Source: a virus. Taken from it: 64,000 bases of DNA. A program made the translations under genes and the position numbers. Shown piece by piece: positions 17,594 to 26,658 of the stretch (the first letter of the stretch is position 1; every line of letters begins with the position of its first letter). A model generated the notes under the pieces. The model searched no databases. It was not told the DNA's origin and saw only the letters and a list, made by a program, of their open reading frames with translations. The stretch lies in the IMG/VR virus record IMGVR_UViG_3300021961_000068, positions 9,028-73,027 of that record; one strand, given 5' to 3'.

Positions 17594-19276
17594 TTATTTT
17601 GCGTGATATCGTTTTACGACTTGTGGGCAACATTTTTCGGCGTACTTGACTCCGTATTCGCCGTCGTCAAATCCTGCCCATTTTTTGGTTGTTTTTCGGT
17701 TCCGCCAAGGGTGGTCTAATGGGAGCAGGTCATTATCATCAAAATATTTGACATCTTTAGGTTTGTCTGACATCAATAGTGATAAGAACTTGGAAATGCG
17801 CTTATTTGCTGAGGCTTTGTCACCATCTTGAAGACCTCGTAGGTATACATTTTTGAGGTCTCGCAGGTTAGCCCGCTGTGCAGGCTTGGCTTTAGCGTTG
17901 TGTTGACGCACACGGACAGCAAGATTGTTGATATCGGTGCTTGTGACTGTCGGCGGTTTCTTGCGGGCTTTGGGTACGCCTTTGAATAAAAACAAGCCTT
18001 CACCTAGTTTTTCGGCAGGCTGGTCAAGTGATTTTTTTTCTTGGTTTTTAACAATAACAAACCCAGACAGTTCCCCTTTTTCATTGGTTGACGTTTCAAT
18101 GAGTACTTCGTACCCTTTGTCCTTAAGCGTCTTTGCGTAGTTTTCTAATGTTGTTTGTAACATTCTTGTGGCTTTTTCAAAGTTTGCTTTTCTTTGATCA
18201 TCAGAAAGACCGATCAAGCCCACATTTCGGTAAACACCCATTGGAACTGTGTGTTCAATTTCAAAATCGCCATTTTCTAATTTTCTAGATCGCCAACCAG
18301 CCGTCGTTGATCCATAACCACGAACCATAGCCCCACCCCTGTAGCCTGCCTTGCGATAATTACGATCATTTAGTGCTCGGGCAATTCCTACCTGTGTTGG
18401 ATTTCTGAACTTTTCCTTTATGATTTTTGGGACTACTGGTATTTTGTCTTTCCCGCCAACAATTCCACCAGTTGTGAACCCATCCCCGTCGCCGTCCACG
18501 AGTTCGTCACTAGGTTTTACTCCGATCGGCGTACCAAGAACCTTTTTCCTGAATTTTGAACCTCGTCGTCTTGGATTGTTCCTAGGGCTGTTATCCCCTC
18601 GGATACCTGTGCGACGGTTGTAGTCAGACACGTTTGTGCAGGGCATCCAAACAAGTTTTCCATCTCGTGCCGTGTAACGGCGAATACCAATACACCCAAG
18701 ATTCCTTGAACGGATACGGGCAGACTCAGGGTTACTGAAAGTATCAGGGTCGGTTGAACGGCTAACAAAGTTAACGAAACCTTTTTCCTCTACATCATCT
18801 TCAGCGTCTTTCCCCGAGAAAGAACCAGTGACCAACCCACCACCCGGTAAGGTCGCAATACCTGTAATAGGTTTCTCATCAAGTTTTTCCCAACCTTTAC
18901 GGGGTTTATGGTCGCAAGGCGTGTAATACCTTTTCCCCGCAAGGATCACAGTGCGGACACCTCCGCAACCACGCGCCTTAGAAATAGATAGAGCGTCAGC
19001 ACGGCTTTCGTAATACGCATCAGATTTTGTTTCCAAACGCTTAGTGCGTTGAACCATCTTAGGCAAAGGTTTCTTTTTCTTTGAAGCAAGGGCTTTCAGA
19101 TATTCTTCTTTGCCTTTTTTGATCGCCTCATACTCTTCATACGACCCGCACGGCATCCAATTGCCGTCTTCTCCTTCATGCGCACCACTACACCCGAGTT
19201 GACGGGCAACACGCATCGCCTGCTCTCTTGTGACCTTTGGTTTCTCTGCTTTAACAGAGAAAGGGATTGATTCCAC
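17594..19276 (-). CDS. multi-module head-associated protein with three A..LGC.G....W/Y.PC repeats
   Basis: ARQLGCSGAH...WMPC, SKARGCGGV...YTPC, SRNLGCIGI...WMPC (DUF3721-like); DGDGDG motif; C-terminal LKNVYLRG...DNDLLP module. Confidence 0.7.
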   Translation of the reverse strand: MESIPFSVKAEKPKVTREQAMRVARQLGCSGAHEGEDGNWMPCGSYEEYEAIKKGKEEYLKALASKKKKPLPKMVQRTKRLETKSDAYYESRADALSISKARGCGGVRTVILAGKRYYTPCDHKPRKGWEKLDEKPITGIATLPGGGLVTGSFSGKDAEDDVEEKGFVNFVSRSTDPDTFSNPESARIRSRNLGCIGIRRYTARDGKLVWMPCTNVSDYNRRTGIRGDNSPRNNPRRRGSKFRKKVLGTPIGVKPSDELVDGDGDGFTTGGIVGGKDKIPVVPKIIKEKFRNPTQVGIARALNDRNYRKAGYRGGAMVRGYGSTTAGWRSRKLENGDFEIEHTVPMGVYRNVGLIGLSDDQRKANFEKATRMLQTTLENYAKTLKDKGYEVLIETSTNEKGELSGFVIVKNQEKKSLDQPAEKLGEGLFLFKGVPKARKKPPTVTSTDINNLAVRVRQHNAKAKPAQRANLRDLKNVYLRGLQDGDKASANKRISKFLSLLMSDKPKDVKYFDDNDLLPLDHPWRNRKTTKKWAGFDDGEYGVKYAEKCCPQVVKRYHAK

Positions 19277-19279
19277 GGT

Positions 19280-19543
19280 TTAACCTTTTTTGCGTTTACG
19301 TTGTGATGTTTCTGTTTCTGTTTCTATAGATGTTGCTCCAGCGAACTTTGGGAACAATTCATCAACTCGTTCAGGGTTTTCTGTCAAAAAATAAACCATC
19401 TCATCTAATGCGTTTTCGTCTTTAGGATTTTCATTAGCGTAATGGAATCCAATTGTGAGTATTCGGCTACGAGTTTTTTCGTCTTTGATTTTTTCAAATA
19501 ATGACATCCGTATTTCGGTTCGTTGTTCTTCTGTAATTTTCAT
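19280..19543 (-). CDS. small orphan protein, candidate immunity protein for the upstream GNAT effector
   Basis: 87 aa, translationally coupled (TAATG) to 19543-23553. Confidence 0.55.
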   Translation of the reverse strand: MKITEEQRTEIRMSLFEKIKDEKTRSRILTIGFHYANENPKDENALDEMVYFLTENPERVDELFPKFAGATSIETETETSQRKRKKG

Positions 19544-22500
19544 TATCGTATGTTCCCGTCTGTTGGAGCCCGCAGACTTCTTGGTGTTACATCTGAATTT
19601 ACTGGAATACGTGGTCGTCTTGTACGAGTCACCCTAGGAGTAGGGGCAACTGCTTGCCCTCGTCTTCTACTACCTATTCTTTGTTCAGCAAAACTTAAAA
19701 AACCATGACCACCCTTCGCGTTTTGTTTGAACCAGTTTTTTATTTGGTTTTCTCTTCTATTACTACCAACACCGCTACCGCCCGGCAGTGAACGAGATTG
19801 GCTAACAGCAAAAATAAATTCTTGGTGTGTCCCTGGTGGTCGTTTCTCAACTAGGTATTTTAGTCTCCAATATTCTTCCGGCGAAGAAATTAGTGGTGAA
19901 TATCCAAATTTTGCATACTTGTCAAGTTCGGATTGAAATCTGCCAACATTTAGCGGATTGTCGGGTTTGAATCCAACTTTAGCCCAAACAAACTCACCGT
20001 CATCTGCTGGTCCAACCTCTGCTGTGGTCACACCTATTTTTTGCAAGAAATGGAAAGCATGTTGATTATAAAGTGTTGCTATACCTGCTCCCTTGTCAGT
20101 TTCACCTCGTCTGTTAATAAATAAACGACTCTGATACACCTTGTTTGAACCTAATTGAATGCTTCTGACTGATTCACCAATATCGGCAGCAATAATATTG
20201 CCATTGCTGTCTATCTCATGAAAACGAATACCTATGGTGTAATTAGGTCCAGCACCAGAAACATCAGCCTCCGATTTATATGTGCGACCATTTTGTCCTT
20301 TTATTGGACCAATTGAATATGCTTCTTTGAGGTACGTTTTTTTATCTGTGCGGCTTAAAGCAGCCCATTTTTGGGGAGTCATATCGGCGTATGGTTCGTT
20401 CGCTGATCCATACTTTTCGTCTAAATAATTAAACAAAACGTCTTGTCGTTTTTCAATCTGCGCAGAAATTTTGGCTTGTATTTGGTCGCCAACAGGTCCC
20501 ATTGCTTGACGTCTTTGAGAAACTTCGGGGTCGTTTAAATTCATGAACTCGTCACCTGGATTATTGGATGTTGCTCTATGTATCAACGCAGAATCAGCAT
20601 CCCAGTTATCAACGACAAGTTGTAATTGACCGACCTGTGTTAACTGTTTATACAGTTCGGTATTTTTGTATACTTGTTCCTTGACTTGCAGAGCAACAAT
20701 TTGACGGTCTGCCAATAATGTGTTTAATCTTTCTTTTGTGCTTGCAAGAAGTGTTTCCGCATCCTCTTTAGTGCGAAGTGAGCCATTTGGGTCAATATAT
20801 CCCCTAAGTCTTGCTTCTCTTTCTTTTCTCGCATCTCTAACACTTAATGTTTGAATTTTAGCAATTGCATTACCGTGCTCAGCAGACAACGAGTCTTCAA
20901 TTGATTTAACTATCAAATTCCATTGAGTTTTGGATGCTGCTCGTCTTACTTCAATTTCTTGTTCATCAATTGCATCTAAGACTTTTTGTGCGTTTCCACC
21001 AGCGGTAACTTTTGCTACAGCATTATCAAAAACGGGAGCCATATTTCTTACTTGCGCAAAATTAATTGGCTGTACAGGACCTGCTAACTGTGCCTGTCGT
21101 AATGCTTCTGCTTGTTCTCGGGCTATTCTTTCTGCCTCAAGAACCGCCACTGCTTCTTTTCTTGTTTCAAGATTTTCTAGTCTTTGTTCTAGGTTGGATA
21201 CATTGCCTAGGTTGGCGATTATTCTGTTTAATCTCTGTTCATTTGCGTTTCGCCCACTAGCATCGTCCGCTTCACGATTGCTTATCAATGCAGTTAATTC
21301 TGTCATAGCCGCTCGCAAAGCCGTTTCGCGTTCTCTTTTTCTTTCAGCAATAGTTGAATTTACTGAATCTAGACTCATGCCATTTACAGTACTTAGACGA
21401 CCCCGAGCATCGCTTTCCGCATTTTGTTTTGCAGCCACCGCCGCCCGTTCAAGTCGTTGCAATACTTGCGTTCTCTCTGCTTCGGGGAAAACTTCAGCAA
21501 AATCTGTTATGAGGTCATTAACTTTTTGCTCTAAATCTTGTCTACGTGCTTGTCCATCTGGGGTATTGATTGCGTTTTGTATTGCTGCGCTAAGTCTTGA
21601 TACTGGGGCGGTTCTAGCAAATGCCGCTTGCGTGTTTGGTGCCGCAGGTGCAGGGTCAGGCGCAGGCGCATCATTGCGATTAAGAACATTTTGCTTGTGC
21701 CAAGCAATTGCATCTTCGCGGTTGGTAAACCCTTGTTTATCTTGCGCAGGTCGACCATGGATAACAAACCATGTATTGGTAACAGCCTGCTGGTCAATGA
21801 TGTCGCCGTTTTCGTGCGTAATAATGGTGCCAGGTCCTTGATTCCACCCTTGTGGTAAAGCATTTTGTGCCCCACGATCAGGTGCTTGAGGTGCCGCGGG
21901 TGTCGGGTCGGGCGTAGGTGCTTGAGGTGCCGCGTCTGGTCTCGGTGACTGTGCTTCGGCTGCTGGTGGTGGATTATTTTCAGGTCGTCTTGTTGCAGTT
22001 CTTTCTGCTTGCCGTTCCGATGCACGACGACGATTATTTCTATTATTGGTTCTGTTGCCCTGAGCAACCTGTTCTCGTCTTTGAATTTCCGCTAATACTC
22101 GTTGATATTCGGGATTTTCTTTATCAAAATCTGGGTCTGCTTCCATTTCTCTTCGCATACCTTGGAGAACTTCATCTGATTCTGGTGCCAACAAATTTAC
22201 ATTTTGTCTTTCGTTTGCATTTGGTCGGCGTCTTTGAGGGCGAGCAGGAATATTTCTTGGTGCGCGTTCATCCGTGCGAGGGGCGCCGGGTTCAATAATT
22301 TCTCGTTCCATTCTCCGTTGTTCAGATTCACGAAGATTAGGTCGTCGCCTTTGACGGGCAGGACGAGCCTGCGGCGCTGGTGGTTCAAAATCTTGTGGTG
22401 CGCTACGACCGTGAGCATCTTTCCAAGCGTCACGAAGATTTTCTTTATTGATTGCGTACCATTCTCGGCGTGTCAACATTCCTGCGTTGCCTCCACCTTC

Positions 22501-23553
22501 ACGGATTTCGCGGACACGCTGTGCGTACTCATCGTATTTTCGTAATACGTAAGGTTTGAAGTCTTCTGTTTCTCCTGCGTCTGATGCGTCTCGTGCTGTG
22601 AGTACATCAACATTTTCAGGTTGTGGTGCAACTTGTGGGCGTGGTCGTCGTGCGGGTCTTGGAGTTGGTTCTGTTTCTGGTGTTACATCTTGTCTTGGAA
22701 GTTCAGGAACTTCCCGAGTTAGGGTTGCAGGACGAGCCCGTGGTCTATCCCTATTAATTCTTCGGTTAATAACACCGGCTAAGCCTTCGTTATTTACTCT
22801 TTCTAACAAATTCCCTCTTTGTTGAGGTTCTCCTCCCTCAAGACGCTCGGCAACGTTTCGTAGACCGCCTTCAATGCGACCCGGCTCGGCGACCCCACTT
22901 AACCTTCTGATCATTCGTGCGTTGCGACGGTCAAGGCGACGTTTCCGTTTGTCATCATCTCGTTGCTCTAGTCGTTCACCGATGTCGGCGATTTGGTTTG
23001 CGATTCGTCGCGCTACTCCCCATCCACAAGATCTGCCGAATCTGTCAGTAATCTGTCCGCCGTAGCGTGTCCCCACAGGGCATCGCCAGCCACCTCTACG
23101 GTTCGTTCCAGGAATAGACAAACCTGGATCCCAAAGAGCACGAACTCTTTTAACTTCGTAGTTGAAAGTTGTTTTTTGTTGTTCACTAATAAATGTGGCG
23201 GCTTTATAAGAAATAACGTTTTCAAATTCATATTCAGAAAATATTTTAATTGGTGCATCAGAAACAGACATAATAGGAAGATAGTCCCTGTAAATAAAGT
23301 CCGATTTGCTTCCACTTTTCAACGCCGAGGGAACTGCCGATTGAGGCATCGGACCTTGCACTGTCATTCCCGAATCTAAGGCAGCAGTTAATTCGGTTTT
23401 ATTTATTTGAGATTTACTGTATTCTTCACTAAATGCTTTGGCAATGTTTTTAGCGTCATTGGAAAGAGGTTTAAAAGTGCTTCCTTCAGCGGATGACATA
23501 ACAAGCATGAATGGCTTGCCGTTTCGTGTTTTGATAACAAACGAGGTTTTCAT
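19543..23553 (-). CDS. large modular protein: RCPVG domain + low-complexity linker + C-terminal GNAT-like acetyltransferase
   Basis: N-terminal WRCPVGTRYGGQITDRFGRSCGWG; C-terminal LFIN...KGAGIATLYN...IGVTTAEV...GEFVWAKVGF. Confidence 0.7.
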   Translation of the reverse strand: MKTSFVIKTRNGKPFMLVMSSAEGSTFKPLSNDAKNIAKAFSEEYSKSQINKTELTAALDSGMTVQGPMPQSAVPSALKSGSKSDFIYRDYLPIMSVSDAPIKIFSEYEFENVISYKAATFISEQQKTTFNYEVKRVRALWDPGLSIPGTNRRGGWRCPVGTRYGGQITDRFGRSCGWGVARRIANQIADIGERLEQRDDDKRKRRLDRRNARMIRRLSGVAEPGRIEGGLRNVAERLEGGEPQQRGNLLERVNNEGLAGVINRRINRDRPRARPATLTREVPELPRQDVTPETEPTPRPARRPRPQVAPQPENVDVLTARDASDAGETEDFKPYVLRKYDEYAQRVREIREGGGNAGMLTRREWYAINKENLRDAWKDAHGRSAPQDFEPPAPQARPARQRRRPNLRESEQRRMEREIIEPGAPRTDERAPRNIPARPQRRRPNANERQNVNLLAPESDEVLQGMRREMEADPDFDKENPEYQRVLAEIQRREQVAQGNRTNNRNNRRRASERQAERTATRRPENNPPPAAEAQSPRPDAAPQAPTPDPTPAAPQAPDRGAQNALPQGWNQGPGTIITHENGDIIDQQAVTNTWFVIHGRPAQDKQGFTNREDAIAWHKQNVLNRNDAPAPDPAPAAPNTQAAFARTAPVSRLSAAIQNAINTPDGQARRQDLEQKVNDLITDFAEVFPEAERTQVLQRLERAAVAAKQNAESDARGRLSTVNGMSLDSVNSTIAERKRERETALRAAMTELTALISNREADDASGRNANEQRLNRIIANLGNVSNLEQRLENLETRKEAVAVLEAERIAREQAEALRQAQLAGPVQPINFAQVRNMAPVFDNAVAKVTAGGNAQKVLDAIDEQEIEVRRAASKTQWNLIVKSIEDSLSAEHGNAIAKIQTLSVRDARKEREARLRGYIDPNGSLRTKEDAETLLASTKERLNTLLADRQIVALQVKEQVYKNTELYKQLTQVGQLQLVVDNWDADSALIHRATSNNPGDEFMNLNDPEVSQRRQAMGPVGDQIQAKISAQIEKRQDVLFNYLDEKYGSANEPYADMTPQKWAALSRTDKKTYLKEAYSIGPIKGQNGRTYKSEADVSGAGPNYTIGIRFHEIDSNGNIIAADIGESVRSIQLGSNKVYQSRLFINRRGETDKGAGIATLYNQHAFHFLQKIGVTTAEVGPADDGEFVWAKVGFKPDNPLNVGRFQSELDKYAKFGYSPLISSPEEYWRLKYLVEKRPPGTHQEFIFAVSQSRSLPGGSGVGSNRRENQIKNWFKQNAKGGHGFLSFAEQRIGSRRRGQAVAPTPRVTRTRRPRIPVNSDVTPRSLRAPTDGNIR

Positions 23554-23654
23554 TTAGGTCTTTCTTCTTGATATATCCCTAGAAACGAGGGAGAGAATAC
23601 CTTAAAATGGTATCACTATTATGTAAACCCAAAAGAGCAGTATAGGCACCGCCA

Positions 23655-23945
23655 CTAATTATTCAGGCTGTAACCCATTTCCTGGATTAACCCATCAATC
23701 TTAATTTTTGCTTTACCGCTATATTCACCGCTTTCGCAGTCGTAATACGAAAAGCCAGATGTGACGTCTTCAAATCCTGCCATTTCAGGACTTTCTTTAG
23801 CCACATCTTTATACCAATTAGCAAAAAATTCGTCTTCTTCTTTGTCGTCAGAGTATCTAACTACCCCATCTTCTTTTTCAATAAAAATAATAGGGTTAAG
23901 GTTTGGAACAGCAATTCCTGTCAACCTGAAAATTTTATATCGCAT
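23655..23945 (-). CDS. small acidic orphan protein, candidate immunity protein for the upstream kinase effector
   Basis: 96 aa, starts 10 bp after the kinase-gene stop; AT-rich. Confidence 0.55.
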   Translation of the reverse strand: MRYKIFRLTGIAVPNLNPIIFIEKEDGVVRYSDDKEEDEFFANWYKDVAKESPEMAGFEDVTSGFSYYDCESGEYSGKAKIKIDGLIQEMGYSLNN

Positions 23946-23955
23946 ATATACTTGA

Positions 23956-26658
23956 CTATATCACAGGTGCGAGCATCGCATCAACTATTTGTTCTGGAGT
24001 CTGCGACAACACCCAGTCTATTCTTTGTTGAGTAAATGAAATTTTGCGTGGTTCACTCGCTCGCGCACCTGACGCTCCAGTAACAGGCGGTACTTGTGGG
24101 TTTTGACCAGCGGCATCAATAACATTTTGACCAAACTCAGCGAATCTTTTTTGTGCTTCAGCCTCGCGCAAAAGTTGTTGCGATTTTCTCGCTTCTTCAA
24201 TCATTGCTGTTCTAGTCCTGCCAGCATCACGACCAGTTTCGGAGTCATGTTTAGTTCTCAAAGACCCAATTAATTTGTTTCTTCTACCTCCGTAGGAACT
24301 CTTTAACCACTTTTTAAAACCTGTTTCGTCCGCATAAGACAAATCACGGTCAAATTCTCTAGCCGCAAAACCAAGAGACGGGTCATACGGAATAACATGG
24401 TCTTGACCATTGGCATCCCTTTGGACAAAAAAGTTACCACCGTGTCTATCTGTGTTTAGAATCAAAAAATCTAACATTGTCAAACGAATTTTTTCGTTTA
24501 ACGGGATTGAATTTTCGTACCCATTTCTTTGTGGTGGGGCTACTGTGCCGTCAATGTAGTTTTCTGCATGTTCAAACAAAATTGGTCTACCTTGACCATG
24601 TCTGTCTCTGTACACAGGTCCAGCAAATCTAAATTCGCCTACCGGGTATCCAAGTCGTCCTTGAATTTCGTTTCCTAAAATCTCATTAACATCTTCATTA
24701 TTCCTATATCTTGTTCCGTCATATTTTATAAGTAGTGTTTTACCAGTATTTGCGTCTTTGTATTGCTGTATTTGACCATTACTGTTTCGCCCCAGATCAC
24801 CTAATGGTTTTAATTTGATAAAACGTTTAGACGCATCAACTGGTCCGCCCGGCTGACCGGGTCTGCCTACGCGTATTGTCGTTGAGTTTTTCTTGATTGC
24901 TTCATACACAAACTCATCGGGGACATCTGCTAAATCGCCACCATTGTTGACATGTGCTACCGCATCTTGCTTAGTGTTGATGCTTTTGTTCCCTATATCA
25001 ACTCTTTTACCTGTCCCTAAACCGTTAAAATCTCTTGGGGCAAGTTTGTTATCGTTTTCTTTTGCTTTAGCCAGGTCTGAATCCACTGTTCTTGGGGCTG
25101 GACGACCATCGTTATCGTTTCCTCTTTGTTGTTGCCTATTTGTCTCTCTTGGTCTTCTTGGTGCTCTTGGTGCTCTTGGAGCAGGTGGAGCAGGTGGAGC
25201 AGGTGGTTCTGATCGTGCAGGGGCAGGTTCCTGTGTAATTATGGCTCCGTCTAAGTCCCTTGTTCTTGTATCTTGTAAATTCCCAATACGATTACGTAGC
25301 GCATCCCTTCTTCTTTGTTCTTCTCGAACAATTGCGTCTCTTGCACCGTTTCGCTCCATTTGGTCAAGATTGCGTTCTGCTTCTGATACAAGTTTGCGTA
25401 GTTCAGCAATTTGTCTTTGGCGCTCAACTTCGTCTGATGGCATGCGAGCGTTTACAGCATTTTCCGCATTATCCGCTCTCTGTCTAGCGTCTTCAATTGC
25501 TGCTTCAGCCATTGCTTCACGGTTTTGTCGTAATTCTTCTGAACGAGCAGCATTATCGCTGTTTCCGGGTTGCCGTGGCGGTTGAGGAGGTTGACTTCTT
25601 GGTTGGGCTGGCGTATTAGTCTCTTTTTTAATTTTTCGGTTTACATAATCGCCTCGTGCGTTACGTTGATTGTTATCGTCGTAGTAGCGACCAAATCTAC
25701 GTTCAAGTTCCGCCTTGTCGTCTCCTTGATATGCGTCTTCGCGCCAGTAAGCGGTATCTGGAAGTCCTCTTTCACGAAAACGATTACGCACATTTCTTTG
25801 TGACCGAGTATCAGGAAGACTCCCACCTAGGTCTGGTGCGTTAAAATCAGGATCTGGTTCTACAACTAATGGCTGTGGAGGCGCTGATGGTGGCTTTCGT
25901 TGTGGAACCGCTGTAGGTACGGGCTTAGCGCCGTCAACGAAATCTGCTTCAGGTTTTCTGCGTGCGGTTCTCCTTGCACCCTGTTGTGTGGCGGCTCTGC
26001 GTCGCCCTCTTGGTCTATTAGGTTTTGGTGGTTCACCTGTACGAGGTGCACCGGGTTCTACGATTTCTCGTTCCATTCGTCTTTGTTCTGATTCACGAAG
26101 ATTTCCGCGACGACGTCTTGCAGGTTTTCGTCCACGTTGTTCTCGTTCTACAAGTTCCACAATTTGGTCTGTATTAATTTGTGGTGACGGTCTACCTCTT
26201 CTGCGTTGTGGACGAGGTGAAACTGAATCAATATCAGCAACTGGGAGTTGAGGTGGTTGCTCGCCGTCAAGTGCTTCAGCAACACCTCTTGCGCCACGCT
26301 CAAGAAAACCGGGTTTCTGCTGACGAGACAAAAGCCTTTGCATACGAGCATTCCGTTTAGCGATACGGTTATTTCGTTTGCGGTCATCAATATTCTCTAA
26401 ACGCTCACCAATGTCGGCAATTTGATTAGCAATACGCCTAGCAACACCCCAACCACACGAACGACCAAACCTGTCAGTTATTTGACCGCCGTAACGAGTA
26501 CCGACAGGACAACGCCAACCACCACGGCGGTTAGTGCCGGGGATGGAAAGACTTGGATCCCATAAAGCACGGACACCTTTTACTTCGTAGTTGAAAGTGC
26601 TTGCTGTTTGTTCTGAGATGAAAGTCAAAGCCTTGAAGTTGACTTCATTTTTCTGCAT
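23956..26658 (-). CDS. large modular protein: RCPVG domain + linker + C-terminal HipA/PI3K-like kinase
   Basis: Same N-terminus as 19543-23553; C-terminal LLIKY, NEILG, LDFLILNTDRHGGNF, IPYDPSLGF. Confidence 0.75.
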   Translation of the reverse strand: MQKNEVNFKALTFISEQTASTFNYEVKGVRALWDPSLSIPGTNRRGGWRCPVGTRYGGQITDRFGRSCGWGVARRIANQIADIGERLENIDDRKRNNRIAKRNARMQRLLSRQQKPGFLERGARGVAEALDGEQPPQLPVADIDSVSPRPQRRRGRPSPQINTDQIVELVEREQRGRKPARRRRGNLRESEQRRMEREIVEPGAPRTGEPPKPNRPRGRRRAATQQGARRTARRKPEADFVDGAKPVPTAVPQRKPPSAPPQPLVVEPDPDFNAPDLGGSLPDTRSQRNVRNRFRERGLPDTAYWREDAYQGDDKAELERRFGRYYDDNNQRNARGDYVNRKIKKETNTPAQPRSQPPQPPRQPGNSDNAARSEELRQNREAMAEAAIEDARQRADNAENAVNARMPSDEVERQRQIAELRKLVSEAERNLDQMERNGARDAIVREEQRRRDALRNRIGNLQDTRTRDLDGAIITQEPAPARSEPPAPPAPPAPRAPRAPRRPRETNRQQQRGNDNDGRPAPRTVDSDLAKAKENDNKLAPRDFNGLGTGKRVDIGNKSINTKQDAVAHVNNGGDLADVPDEFVYEAIKKNSTTIRVGRPGQPGGPVDASKRFIKLKPLGDLGRNSNGQIQQYKDANTGKTLLIKYDGTRYRNNEDVNEILGNEIQGRLGYPVGEFRFAGPVYRDRHGQGRPILFEHAENYIDGTVAPPQRNGYENSIPLNEKIRLTMLDFLILNTDRHGGNFFVQRDANGQDHVIPYDPSLGFAAREFDRDLSYADETGFKKWLKSSYGGRRNKLIGSLRTKHDSETGRDAGRTRTAMIEEARKSQQLLREAEAQKRFAEFGQNVIDAAGQNPQVPPVTGASGARASEPRKISFTQQRIDWVLSQTPEQIVDAMLAPVI

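Noticed and set aside
20930-21841. 303-aa plus-strand ORF and similar long antisense ORFs (24893-25585, 30043-30783, 51014-51502)
   Set aside because: They lie antisense to long real genes, are Ser/Ala/Leu-rich and lack motifs; treated as shadow frames.
25145-25210. Short tandem repeats (CTTGGTGCT, GGAGCAGGT)
   Set aside because: Encode the PPAPPAPPAPRAPRAPR linker inside the kinase effector; not a CRISPR or iteron array.
22965-26650. Diversity-generating retroelement template/variable repeat pair
   Set aside because: Differences are mostly synonymous and not adenine-specific, the repeats are at N-termini, and no reverse transcriptase is in the window.
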